This document shows, in pieces, positions 1-7,556 of a DNA stretch of 64,000 bases (positions are counted from its first letter, which is position 1; the number at the start of each line of letters is the position of its first letter). The notes under the pieces are model-generated. The model did no database searches, was not told where the DNA came from, and was given only the letters and a program-made list of their open reading frames with translations. The position numbers were made by a program, and so were the translations under genes. This stretch comes from Dehalococcoidia bacterium (GTDB lineage: Bacteria; Chloroflexota; Dehalococcoidia; Lucifugimonadales; UBA3495). Location: positions 202,977-266,976 of the forward strand of contig CBDBCU010000005.1 of NCBI GenBank assembly GCA_965203435.1. Direction: 5' to 3'.

Positions 1-116
1 CATTGACGATCTGCTGGAATTGTACGCCGGGCGGGAGTAGCGGCCGGTGGTGATACTGCTGGATTCCCGCTGGCGCGGGAAGGACGGTAGGGGCGGCGGG
101 AAAGGCGCTTTACCCC

Positions 117-974
117 CTACCCGGAAGCATCCTCACGGTGTTCGTGGACAGCGTAACCCTCCTCCTCCAGCATTTGCTCCAGCCGCCGCATGGTGTCCCG
201 GCTGTGACGCAGTTCCAAAATCAGCTGCTCCCGGGTCGGCCCCAAGCGCCGGTCGACTTTGCGCTGATGCTGCTCCCGGATTTCCTCCAGGCTGTTGACG
301 ATGATGGCGACGAAAAGGTTGATAACCACAAAGGTGCCAATGGAAATGTAGCTGACATAGAACACCCAGGCCAGGGGGGTGGCCGCCATATCGTTGCCCA
401 TAATCTTGGTCCAGTCGTCCAGGGTCAGGATGCTGAACAGGGTCAGCACCGACAAGCCCAGGCTGCCCCAGCTGTCCGGGCTGCTTTCCCGGAACAGCTG
501 ATTGCCGATAATGGCGTAGATATAGACGAAAATGCTCAGCAGCATAATGACATGAAAGACGCTGGGCAGGGCGTGCATCAGGGCCGAGGCAATCAGCCGC
601 AGTTCCCGCACCGTGGAAATCAGGCGGATGATGCGGAGCATCCGGGCCAGGCGGCCGATGGTGGCGAACTGGCCGGTAGTGGGAATCAGCGACAGGACGA
701 TGACCAGAAAGTCAAAGACATTCCAGCCGTCCCGAAAGTAGCGGTGGGAACGCGGCGCCAGGGCCAGCATTTTCAGCAGAGCCTCGACGATAAAGATGCC
801 GAGGACGACCCGATTGCCCAGGCTGATGTATTCCCCATAGGCCCGGGCCTGGGGGAAAGTCGCCAGTCCCAGCAGGACGGCATTGAACAGAATGACCCCG
901 ATGATGGTGTATTCGAAAGCGCGGTGGTGTACCAACCCGTCCGCCAGCCGCGAAAAGCGCGCCAACTGATTCAT
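117..974 (-). CDS. Single-domain voltage-gated cation channel (BacNav/NaChBac family), pore filter TLDDW
   Basis: Tracked ORF 117..1547 trimmed to ATG at 972-974 (MNQLARF...). S4 has Arg at every third position (GRLARMLRIIRLI). Pore loop is LTLFSILTLDDWTKIM, followed by a charged helical C-terminal tail. The discarded 5' part is antisense to the rhodanese gene. Confidence 0.85.
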   Translation of the reverse strand: MNQLARFSRLADGLVHHRAFEYTIIGVILFNAVLLGLATFPQARAYGEYISLGNRVVLGIFIVEALLKMLALAPRSHRYFRDGWNVFDFLVIVLSLIPTTGQFATIGRLARMLRIIRLISTVRELRLIASALMHALPSVFHVIMLLSIFVYIYAIIGNQLFRESSPDSWGSLGLSVLTLFSILTLDDWTKIMGNDMAATPLAWVFYVSYISIGTFVVINLFVAIIVNSLEEIREQHQRKVDRRLGPTREQLILELRHSRDTMRRLEQMLEEEGYAVHEHREDASG

Positions 975-1217
975 CCCGCCTTGCTCATCCCTTCCTTTGC
1001 TGAAAATGCCCGGCCCTGAAATGCCCGGCCGCCGGGCTTGGGGTAGCCGGCGGATATGATAGCATATTGTTGTTGCGGCGTCATTTCCGGTTCGGCCGCC
1101 GGTTCCATCCTTCAACCCGTTCAGGATAAGCGGATGGGGCAGTTGCCCGCGGAAACTCTTGCCCTTTTCCGCGCCTTGCCCTACAATGGCCGGGCAAGGA
1201 GAGCAGGGAGCGGCGTT

Positions 1218-2069
1218 ATGGACGATTTTGCCCACCCGGAATATCTGATTTCCCCGGCGGAACTGCAAGCCGAATTGCACACCGGCTTGACCGCGCCGGA
1301 GCTGGTTATGGTGGATCTGGATTCCGCCGCCGGCTATCAGCGCGGCCATATCCCCGGCGCAGTGCCTCTGGCCGACAGCTACGAGCGAAATCCGGCTACC
1401 GGATGGGTTAATACCCTGCCGCCGGAAAAGTTCGCCGCCGTTTGCCAGGGCCTGGGTATCGGCGATAATACGGCGGTGGTGGCTTACGATAACAATATGA
1501 GCCTGTACGCCGCCCGTTTCTGGTGGACGCTGCGCTACTACGGCCACCGCAATATCCGGGTCTTAAACGGCGGTTGGCGGGCTTGGATTGCCGCCGGCGG
1601 GCCGGTCAGCTTTGCGCCGCCGCCAGCCGTTGCCGCATCCGAAGTCCGCTTTACGCCGCAGGTTGACCCGTCCCTTATTGTCGGCATTGACGCCGTCCGG
1701 GCCGGCTGCAACTTGGCGGACCCGGTGATTTGGGACACCCGCAGTGCCGGGGAGTATTCCGGGGTGGTGAACCGGGGCAATCGGCGGGCCGGCCATATCG
1801 CCGGCGCCATCCATTTGGATTGGCTGGATTTGATGGAACGGGATACGCACCGATTCAAGCCGGCGGCGGAAATCCAAACCATCCTCAACGAAAAAGGCAT
1901 CACCCCGGACAAGGCGGTATTCGCCTATTGACAGGCCGGCCTCCGTGCGGCGCACGGCGTCTTTCTGCTCAATCTGCTGGGCTATGCCAACGCCCGCAAC
2001 TATGATGCCTCGATGTTCGAGTGGGCCAACCGGGAGGACACGCCCATGGCTGCCGGGGGCAGATTCTAA
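1218..2069 (+). CDS. Two-domain rhodanese-type sulfurtransferase with in-frame TGA at the catalytic Cys position (candidate selenoprotein, U238)
   Basis: ATG at 1218 with a GGAG-type SD upstream. The tracked ORF ends ...KAVFAY-TGA (1929-1931). The same frame stays open to TAA 2067-2069 and reads QAGLRAAHGVFLLNLLGYANARNYDASMFEWANRED. The TGA therefore occupies the Cys of the CxxGxR active-site loop. Confidence 0.7.
1943..1957 (+). promoter_or_regulatory. Hairpin 11 nt downstream of the in-frame UGA (candidate minimal SECIS)
   Basis: CCGUGC-GGC-GCACGG. The identical 15-mer sits at the same offset in the paralogue (2906..2920). It also encodes the conserved RAAH, so its conservation is not independent evidence. 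Confidence 0.3.
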
Positions 2070-2171
2070 CATGGATTAACAGGATATACAGGATTTTGTT
2101 GTCTGCTAGGAACGGTTATTGACGGCCAGTACCGTTCTAATCAGATGCAAAAAAATCCTGTCTATCCATGT
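2068..2171. mobile_element. MITE-like element, family A (terminal inverted repeats AACATGGATAGACAGGAT / ATCCTGTCTATCCATGTT)
   Basis: Inverted termini flank a core of about 70 bp (..GAACGGTTATTGACGGCCAGTACCGTTC..). It sits between the two rhodanese genes. Related copies lie at 4475, 16101, 28746, 54089 and 54601, with half copies at 31021 and 43055. Confidence 0.7.
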
Positions 2172-2189
2172 AAATTAAGGGGGGAAACT

Positions 2190-3020
2190 ATGGTTATGGC
2201 TGAAGGCTTTGCCCACCCGGAGTTTCTGGTGGATGCCGCGTGGGTGGCGGCGCATCTGGACGATCCCCAGGTGGTGATAGTGGACGGGGATGTGGAGGCC
2301 GGCTACCTGCGCGGCCATATCCCCGGCGCGGCGCTGGTGCCGGACAACTACGAAAAGGATCCGGCTACCGGCCGGGTGCATATCCTGCCCCCGGAACCCT
2401 TTGCCGCCATGTGCCAGAACCTGGGCATCGGCGACGACACCCTGGTGGTGGCCTACGACAACAATCAGAGCCTTTACGCCGCCCGGCTGTGGTGGGCGCT
2501 GAATTACTACGACCACACCCAGGTCAAGGTGCTGGATGGCGGCTGGCGGCGCTGGGTGGCCGAGGGCCGCCCGATCAGTTTTGACCGCCCCACGCCCCGT
2601 AGTGGCGCAACTTTCACTCCGGCCATTGACCCGTCCCTTATGGTCCAGGCGGACGAACTGAAAGCGGCCTGCGCCTTGCCCGACGCCGTGCTGTGGGATG
2701 TGCGGAGCGACGGGGAATACCGCGGGGCCAACGACCGGGGCAATCGGCGGGCCGGCCATATTCCCGGAGCCGTCCACCTGGAGTGGCACAATGTGATGGA
2801 GCGGGACAGCCACCGTTTCAAGCCGGCGGCGGAAATCCGGCAGCTGCTGACCGACCACGGCATCACCCCGGACAAGGCGGTCTTTGCCTATTGACAGGGC
2901 GGCATCCGTGCGGCGCACGGCACCTTTCTGCTGAAAATGCTGGGCTATGCCCGGGCCAAAAACTACGATGCCTCCATGGGCGAATGGGCCAACCGGGAGG
3001 ATACGCCGCTGGAAATTTAG
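2190..3020 (+). CDS. Two-domain rhodanese-type sulfurtransferase, second tandem copy, same in-frame TGA at the catalytic Cys position
   Basis: ATG at 2190 after GGGGGG. The tracked ORF ends ...KAVFAY-TGA (2892-2894). The frame continues QGGIRAAHGTFLLKMLGYARAKNYDASMGEWANREDTPLEI to TAG 3018-3020. Confidence 0.7.
2906..2920 (+). promoter_or_regulatory. Hairpin 11 nt downstream of the in-frame UGA (candidate minimal SECIS)
   Basis: Same CCGUGC-GGC-GCACGG as at 1943..1957. Confidence 0.3.
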
Positions 3021-3049
3021 GGCGGCCAAATGCCAAGCCATCCCCGCAA

Positions 3050-3148
3050 CCGTCATTCCCGCGTAAGCGGGAATCCCGACGCTATTGCCTTATAATGCCG
3101 CAATCTTGGCAAGCCACCGCGGGATTCCCGCTTACGCGGGAATGACGG
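3050..3148. repeat. Interspersed repeat family B (about 100 bp; inverted ends CCGTCATTCCCGCGTAAGCGGGAATCCCG, each end itself a hairpin)
   Basis: The inverted pair flanks a variable core. The same architecture occurs at 19375, 25257, 26797, 26915, 30913, 43103, 47227 and 55690. It produces the FPLTRE / IPAYAGMTV pseudo-ORFs in the track. Confidence 0.8.
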
Positions 3149-3237
3149 TTGCGGCGGCGGGACATGACGGTAGGGTGATGGCGGGAATGACGGTAGCGGG
3201 ATGGCGGCAAAGCCGGCTGTCCGGGATAGGCCATTGG

Positions 3238-3281
3238 CAAAAGCCAAGCCCCCGGACAACCTATCCGGGGGCTGACTTTTT
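3238..3281. terminator. Bidirectional intrinsic terminator
   Basis: AGCCCCCGGA-CAACCTA-TCCGGGGGCT has TTTTT on the + side (3277-3281) and CTTGGCTTTT on the - side. It lies 34 nt downstream of the stop of the 3315..3908 gene. Confidence 0.6.
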
Positions 3282-3314
3282 GTCCGTTCCGGGGGTTATC
3301 CCGGCCGGCGGCGG

Positions 3315-3908
3315 CTAACCGCCGTTCAGGTGCAGTTGCGCCACCTGTTCCGGGGAAATGACATGGGACAGGATGAAGTGGGCCACATCCCGGCGCATCG
3401 GGTCTTCGAGATCGCAGTCCCGCAGATAGCCGAACTCCGGGTAGAACTCCTCCATCATTTTCTTGACCCGGGGCGGCCCGTGCCGGGAGGCCACCAGATA
3501 CTCCACGCTGCCCGGATCCCGCCCCATCTTGGCCTGTTCCCCCTCGGCAATGGCCAGTTCGGCCTCGTAGTCCACCCGATCCACCACGGCCAAGTGTTCC
3601 GTGGCGTCCTTGCGACAGCCCTCAATCTCCTTGAACAGGTTGTAGAGGGAGGAGACCATGGTGGAGATTTCCTCCAGCATCTGGGGGACGCGCTCCTGCT
3701 TGGCGATGGCGGCGTTCATCCGCCGCTGGGCTTCCTCCATGGCGTTCTTTTTGGCCCGATCCCAGGCGTGCTGCTGCTGGGCCTGGGCCAGTTCCTGCCG
3801 CAAGTGCGGAGCCTCCATCGCCAGGGAACCCAGCTCCCGCACCTTGCTCTCCGCTTCCTCCGCCTGCCGCAGGCGTTCCTGCAATTCCAAGTTCACACGG
3901 CTGACCAT
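3315..3908 (-). CDS. Hypothetical protein (coiled-coil N-terminal half)
   Basis: 197-aa ORF with a strong SD (GGAAGGAGACGGAAGTT-ATG) and a terminator downstream. I recognise no family. Confidence 0.7.
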   Translation of the reverse strand: MVSRVNLELQERLRQAEEAESKVRELGSLAMEAPHLRQELAQAQQQHAWDRAKKNAMEEAQRRMNAAIAKQERVPQMLEEISTMVSSLYNLFKEIEGCRKDATEHLAVVDRVDYEAELAIAEGEQAKMGRDPGSVEYLVASRHGPPRVKKMMEEFYPEFGYLRDCDLEDPMRRDVAHFILSHVISPEQVAQLHLNGG

Positions 3909-4474
3909 AACTTCCGTCTCCTTCCTTTCGTATCGGTTAGGGAAAATCTGACGCCGCCATTAGCCGGCTTTGACCGGCCGGGGCAACAGGATGCCGGTGC
4001 GGACGGGGATTAAATCCCTTGTGCCGCGCCGGGAACCGTTCCCGGAGACGCCCTTTCCCCAGAATAAGGTTGGCGCCCGGATGTAAGGAGCGGATTTGAG
4101 GTTTGGCGGCGGTGGCTGACGGAGCCCCGATAAAAAGGGGCGGTCGGCCGGGAATAGAAAGAAAGATGATTGCTGTTTGCGCCGCAGAACCCTTATTTGC
4201 GCTGCCTTTGCCCCCGAGCGCCAAAGTCCAGGGGCGTGGGCCATTTGGCCCGAATAAGTTGCCGGTCGCGCACCTCCTTAAAACTGATTCCTCAAAATCC
4301 GCAGCCGCCGCTACTGTCCACCCCACCAAAAATGCGCTTAACGCTGCGGCCGATATTGGGGCCGCGATCCCGGGCTGCTTTTGAGGTGCGGTCATTAAAC
4401 CCCACCCAGGGGAAAAGTTGCAAGGCATTTTGGCGGCGAAAAATGGGGATTTTTGAGAAAATGGCGGTTAAATT

Positions 4475-4585
4475 AACATGGATAGACCGGATTAACAGGA
4501 TTTGAGGTTTGATTAGAACGGTACTGGCGGTCAATAACCGTTCCCATCAGATACAAAAATCCTGTCCATCCTGTCTATCCATGTT
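4475..4585. mobile_element. MITE-like element, family A
   Basis: AACATGGATAGACCGGATTAACAGGA ... ATCCTGTCCATCCTGTCTATCCATGTT, immediately downstream of the stop of the 4601..7414 gene. Confidence 0.7.
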
Positions 4586-4600
4586 GGAATCCGCCGGGGG

Positions 4601-7414
4601 TTAACCCAGCCCGCCCACCAGGGCATCCCCAGTAAAGGTTTTGCCGGTGATGGCCGGCTCGCTGGCCAGGGCGATGCGGGCCTGCTCCATTGCCGCCGCC
4701 GGGATCCGCAAGGCGGCGGCGACCGCCGCATCCAGCTCTTTGCGGGTATCGCAGGTCAGCATATAGCGCAGTTCCTGAAACTCCCGGCCGCAGAGTTTGT
4801 CATAGGCCGCCGCCAACGCCCGAACCTGCCGGGGCGGCAGCTTTCCCCAATCCGGGAAAGGGATTAAGTACCGGTCATCTACCGACCAGTTGGGATAGAC
4901 AATCTTTTTGTTCGAGGTTACTCCCAGCAAGGCGGTAATGCCCAGGGTGCTGTTCAGATAGGCAACCAGGGCTTTCTGGACGGCTACCCGGTTATGCCGG
5001 CCCGGCTCCGGGTGGTACGGCGCAAAGGCATTGCCCATAATGGCTTGCTCAGAGAACACGGCGGTTACGCGGGTGTTGGGCGTACTCAACCGGGTAGGCA
5101 GCAGGGAATGGCTGCGCTGCGCCCAATGTTCCTCGGCCAGCTTTTCCTTGCCCTTTTTCGGCGCGATATAGACATCCGGCGCGGCGGCCATATACCGACG
5201 GAGGTCGCTCTTATGGTCTTTCAAGGCGCGGTAAAGCGTGCTTTCGTCTTGGGTTACAAAAGCGCTTATGAAATCCCGCGGCCCCTGTTCGCCGGCGGCC
5301 TTGCCGGTGCGGACGGGAAACCATTTCCCGGCAATAATGCCTTGATAGGTTTCCACTAACTCAGCCCGGACGAATTGGGTGGGAAACCAGTCCCCCTCAT
5401 TCATTCGGGACTGCGGCCAAGGGGTGATGCGGTAATCCGGAGAGTTTTCGCCGCGCAGGATGGCCTCGCCCATCGCCTTGGCCTGTACCGGCGTCGGGGG
5501 CTTGCTCAGGATTTTGACAAAAATCGTTTCCGCCGTCGCGCGGACTTCATCCTTTTGCCAGGGGCGGGCAATTACCAGCATTTCCCCAATGTTCGTATTT
5601 TCGGAGAAAGCCATGCCCTGGGGGTCTTTCAGGGCAACGACATATTCCACGTGCATATCCTTGCCCAGGAACTGACGGATGGGCAAAGCCGACTTGGCCT
5701 GCGCCATAGCAATCGGATATATCGAGGCAATGCGCCCCGCCGCTTTCAGGTGTCGCTGGGCCAGGACGGTAAAGGCATGGGTGCCGCCGGAACGATGGGC
5801 GACCGTGTCTTTCAGCAGCTCCTCCTCTTTGCTTTTGATCGCTTTCTCCTCGGCGGCGGTGAACTGATCGTAGCGGAGGCTATCCCGGGCAAAGGGCGGG
5901 TTCATAATGAACAAGTCGGCCGGGGCCAGGCGCGGGGCCTTTTCCAGTTGCGTCTCAATCTGCTCGCTGGCCTTGTATTCCGGCCACTTGACCAGCATGG
6001 GCTTGCTTTCCAACCACTCCAGACTGCCCACCTGCGCCGGCAAAACCGGCTTGCCCTCGGCAATTAGCGGCGGCCCCAGCCGCGTCCGGTGGACATTCAT
6101 ATTGCTGAATTGAGTGGTGGGGGACATCAGCCCCAAAGTGGTCGCCGCCATGTGGGTGGCGGTCAGGTTGATGTCGTACAGATGCAATACCTTTTCCACC
6201 AGGATGGCCGACAGCTGCTCTTGGTCGACCCCGGCGGCCAATTCCCTAATCCGGGTAGCGGCGGCGATGGGCAAGGTGCCGGTGCCGCAGGCCGGATCCG
6301 TAACATTCACCCCGGCGATAGCGTCAAGACTGTTCCAATCCCGATCCTCCGGCCGGATTGCCAAAGTAGCCAGCAGGGTGGCCCCGGCGGTGCCGGTGTA
6401 AAAGGAGCCATCATAGGGGGCGGTGTCCAATACCCGATGAAAGATGCGCCCCATCACATCCTGGCGGCCGCCGGCCAAATCGCTCGCCAGGTTGCCGGCG
6501 GCGTCGGCAATCAGCCGCAGCCCGTCCCGCCAATTGCGGTCATCCGCCGGGGCTTTCAGGCCGGCAATGGCGGTCTGAAATACCGGCTTGTAATCCAAGG
6601 CCAGGATAATATCCCAGGCCCGGGTCAAGGCGGCAACGATGTCGGCGGCGTCTTTGCAGTGGCTCAGGGGAGCCGGCGGCCACGAGCCGGAATAGGGCGT
6701 CGGCTCCGGCTCCCGGGCATCATAAACCGGTTTGTCCTCCGGTTTCAGATAGGAATCCAGCCGGGCGTGAAACATCATGGCGCTGGCGATAACCAGGCAG
6801 CCGCGAATGGCGGCGGTGTCGTACCTGGCCTTTTCCCAATGAGCCAACCGGGGGGCATACTCCGCGGCTTTGAGACTGCCCCTTTTCGGCTGCGGCGTTG
6901 GCGGCAAATCCAGGGCTTGGGCCAAACTTTCCTTTTGCGCCGGGGACAGGTTAGCCAGGACCTTGTCCAGCTCCCCGCGCAGTCCGTTGGCGGCGATGTC
7001 GGCGTTGCCCATTTGGGCCGGGGCCATTTTGAGGGCATTGCCCAACTCCCGGGGCGTGCCGGCCAGCCAGGGCGGGTTCTGCTGGTCGGTATCCAGGAAG
7101 GCGTAAAGCAGGGTGGATTCCAGAAAAGTCGGCTGGTCGGAGACGCCGAGGGGATAGCAGACCGCTACCGCCGCGGTGCAATGGCCGTTTTTCAGCCGCT
7201 TGCGGCAGTCGGCCAAGGCATCCTCCCGGTCTTGGCTTTCCTGCCCGTGCTTGGCCTCAATGATGACCGGCTGATTGCGGATTTTGACCAGGGCATCGGC
7301 CCAGCCTTTGCCCTTGCCGCGCAGCCGCACCTGGGTATCGGCATCCAACCCCTGGAGTTTCAGCTCCTGGATCAGAAAAACGGTCAGGGTGTCCTCTTTC
7401 TTGCCTTTAGGCAT
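4601..7414 (-). CDS. Type IIG (MmeI-like) restriction-modification fusion: N-terminal PD-(D/E)xK nuclease motif, N6-adenine methyltransferase, C-terminal specificity region
   Basis: Start moved to ATG 7412-7414 (MPKGKKED) behind GGAAAGGAAAGG. Nuclease motif is D-x12-EAK (WADALVKIRNQPVIIEAKHG). SAM motif I is VTDPACGTGTLPIAA and motif IV is FIMNPPFA. About 350 aa follow the methylase core. The P/R-rich first 108 codons of the tracked ORF were discarded. Confidence 0.75.
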   Translation of the reverse strand: MPKGKKEDTLTVFLIQELKLQGLDADTQVRLRGKGKGWADALVKIRNQPVIIEAKHGQESQDREDALADCRKRLKNGHCTAAVAVCYPLGVSDQPTFLESTLLYAFLDTDQQNPPWLAGTPRELGNALKMAPAQMGNADIAANGLRGELDKVLANLSPAQKESLAQALDLPPTPQPKRGSLKAAEYAPRLAHWEKARYDTAAIRGCLVIASAMMFHARLDSYLKPEDKPVYDAREPEPTPYSGSWPPAPLSHCKDAADIVAALTRAWDIILALDYKPVFQTAIAGLKAPADDRNWRDGLRLIADAAGNLASDLAGGRQDVMGRIFHRVLDTAPYDGSFYTGTAGATLLATLAIRPEDRDWNSLDAIAGVNVTDPACGTGTLPIAAATRIRELAAGVDQEQLSAILVEKVLHLYDINLTATHMAATTLGLMSPTTQFSNMNVHRTRLGPPLIAEGKPVLPAQVGSLEWLESKPMLVKWPEYKASEQIETQLEKAPRLAPADLFIMNPPFARDSLRYDQFTAAEEKAIKSKEEELLKDTVAHRSGGTHAFTVLAQRHLKAAGRIASIYPIAMAQAKSALPIRQFLGKDMHVEYVVALKDPQGMAFSENTNIGEMLVIARPWQKDEVRATAETIFVKILSKPPTPVQAKAMGEAILRGENSPDYRITPWPQSRMNEGDWFPTQFVRAELVETYQGIIAGKWFPVRTGKAAGEQGPRDFISAFVTQDESTLYRALKDHKSDLRRYMAAAPDVYIAPKKGKEKLAEEHWAQRSHSLLPTRLSTPNTRVTAVFSEQAIMGNAFAPYHPEPGRHNRVAVQKALVAYLNSTLGITALLGVTSNKKIVYPNWSVDDRYLIPFPDWGKLPPRQVRALAAAYDKLCGREFQELRYMLTCDTRKELDAAVAAALRIPAAAMEQARIALASEPAITGKTFTGDALVGGLG

Positions 7415-7458
7415 TAGCTGCCTTTCCTTTCCCCGGAGTTTCCCGCCCGGATTTTCCC

Positions 7459-7487
7459 ATTGTAAGGATGACCTAAGGAAATGGCAA
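7459..7487 (-). promoter_or_regulatory. Putative sigma-70-type promoter of the RM fusion gene
   Basis: On the minus strand: TTGCCA, 17 nt, TACAAT, about 45 nt upstream of the ATG. Confidence 0.4.
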
Positions 7488-7556
7488 TTTGCCATCCCTG
7501 CCATCCTTATCCCGCAATCCTCCAGCCGGGGGGCGCCGGTTTCCTTTCCCGCCCGA

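Noticed and set aside
1-40. A 3' end of a plus-strand gene (..IDDLLELYAGRE-TAG).
   Set aside because: Only 13 codons are visible. That is too little to support a call.
1929-2894. The in-frame TGAs in the two rhodanese genes read as inactivating mutations (pseudogenes) or as evidence for a TGA-sense genetic code.
   Set aside because: Both paralogues have the TGA at exactly the catalytic Cys codon, and both keep an intact, conserved downstream frame. Two independent nonsense mutations at the same codon are unlikely. TGA clearly terminates higB, higA and hicB2, which argues against code 4 or 25. Sec remains a hypothesis, not a proof.
3053-3259. Small ORFs with recurring peptides (FPLTRE, IPAYAGMTV, SFPRKRESR, SAHPELVEG, ILNLLKDE, SFNKFRMSGK). 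Examples are 12746..12952, 12852..13040, 19378..19647, 26697..27035, 47119..47322 and 55693..55932.
   Set aside because: They are translations of the family B, C and D repeats in various frames, not genes.
3909-4474. A possible tmRNA or RNase P RNA, suggested by GGGGC...GGACGGGGAUUAAAUCCC and ..CUGUCCACCCCACCA-like strings.
   Set aside because: No proper T-arm (GGUUCGAnUCC), no acceptor pairing with a CCA end, no convincing tag reading frame, and none of the RNase P conserved blocks (GAGGAAAGUCCGGGC, ACAGAAnCCGGCUUA) on either strand.
6089-7417. Long ORFs antisense to real genes. Other examples are 138..1019, 8440..9867, 14069..15253, 20895..21749, 22890..24356, 31652..32881, 39555..40463, 48544..49665, 55796..57280, 61457..62626 and 63038..63928.
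   Set aside because: These are G/R/P/Q-rich low-complexity translations typical of the reverse strand of GC-rich genes. They lack SDs and recognisable domains, and each is fully overlapped by a gene with clear family signatures.
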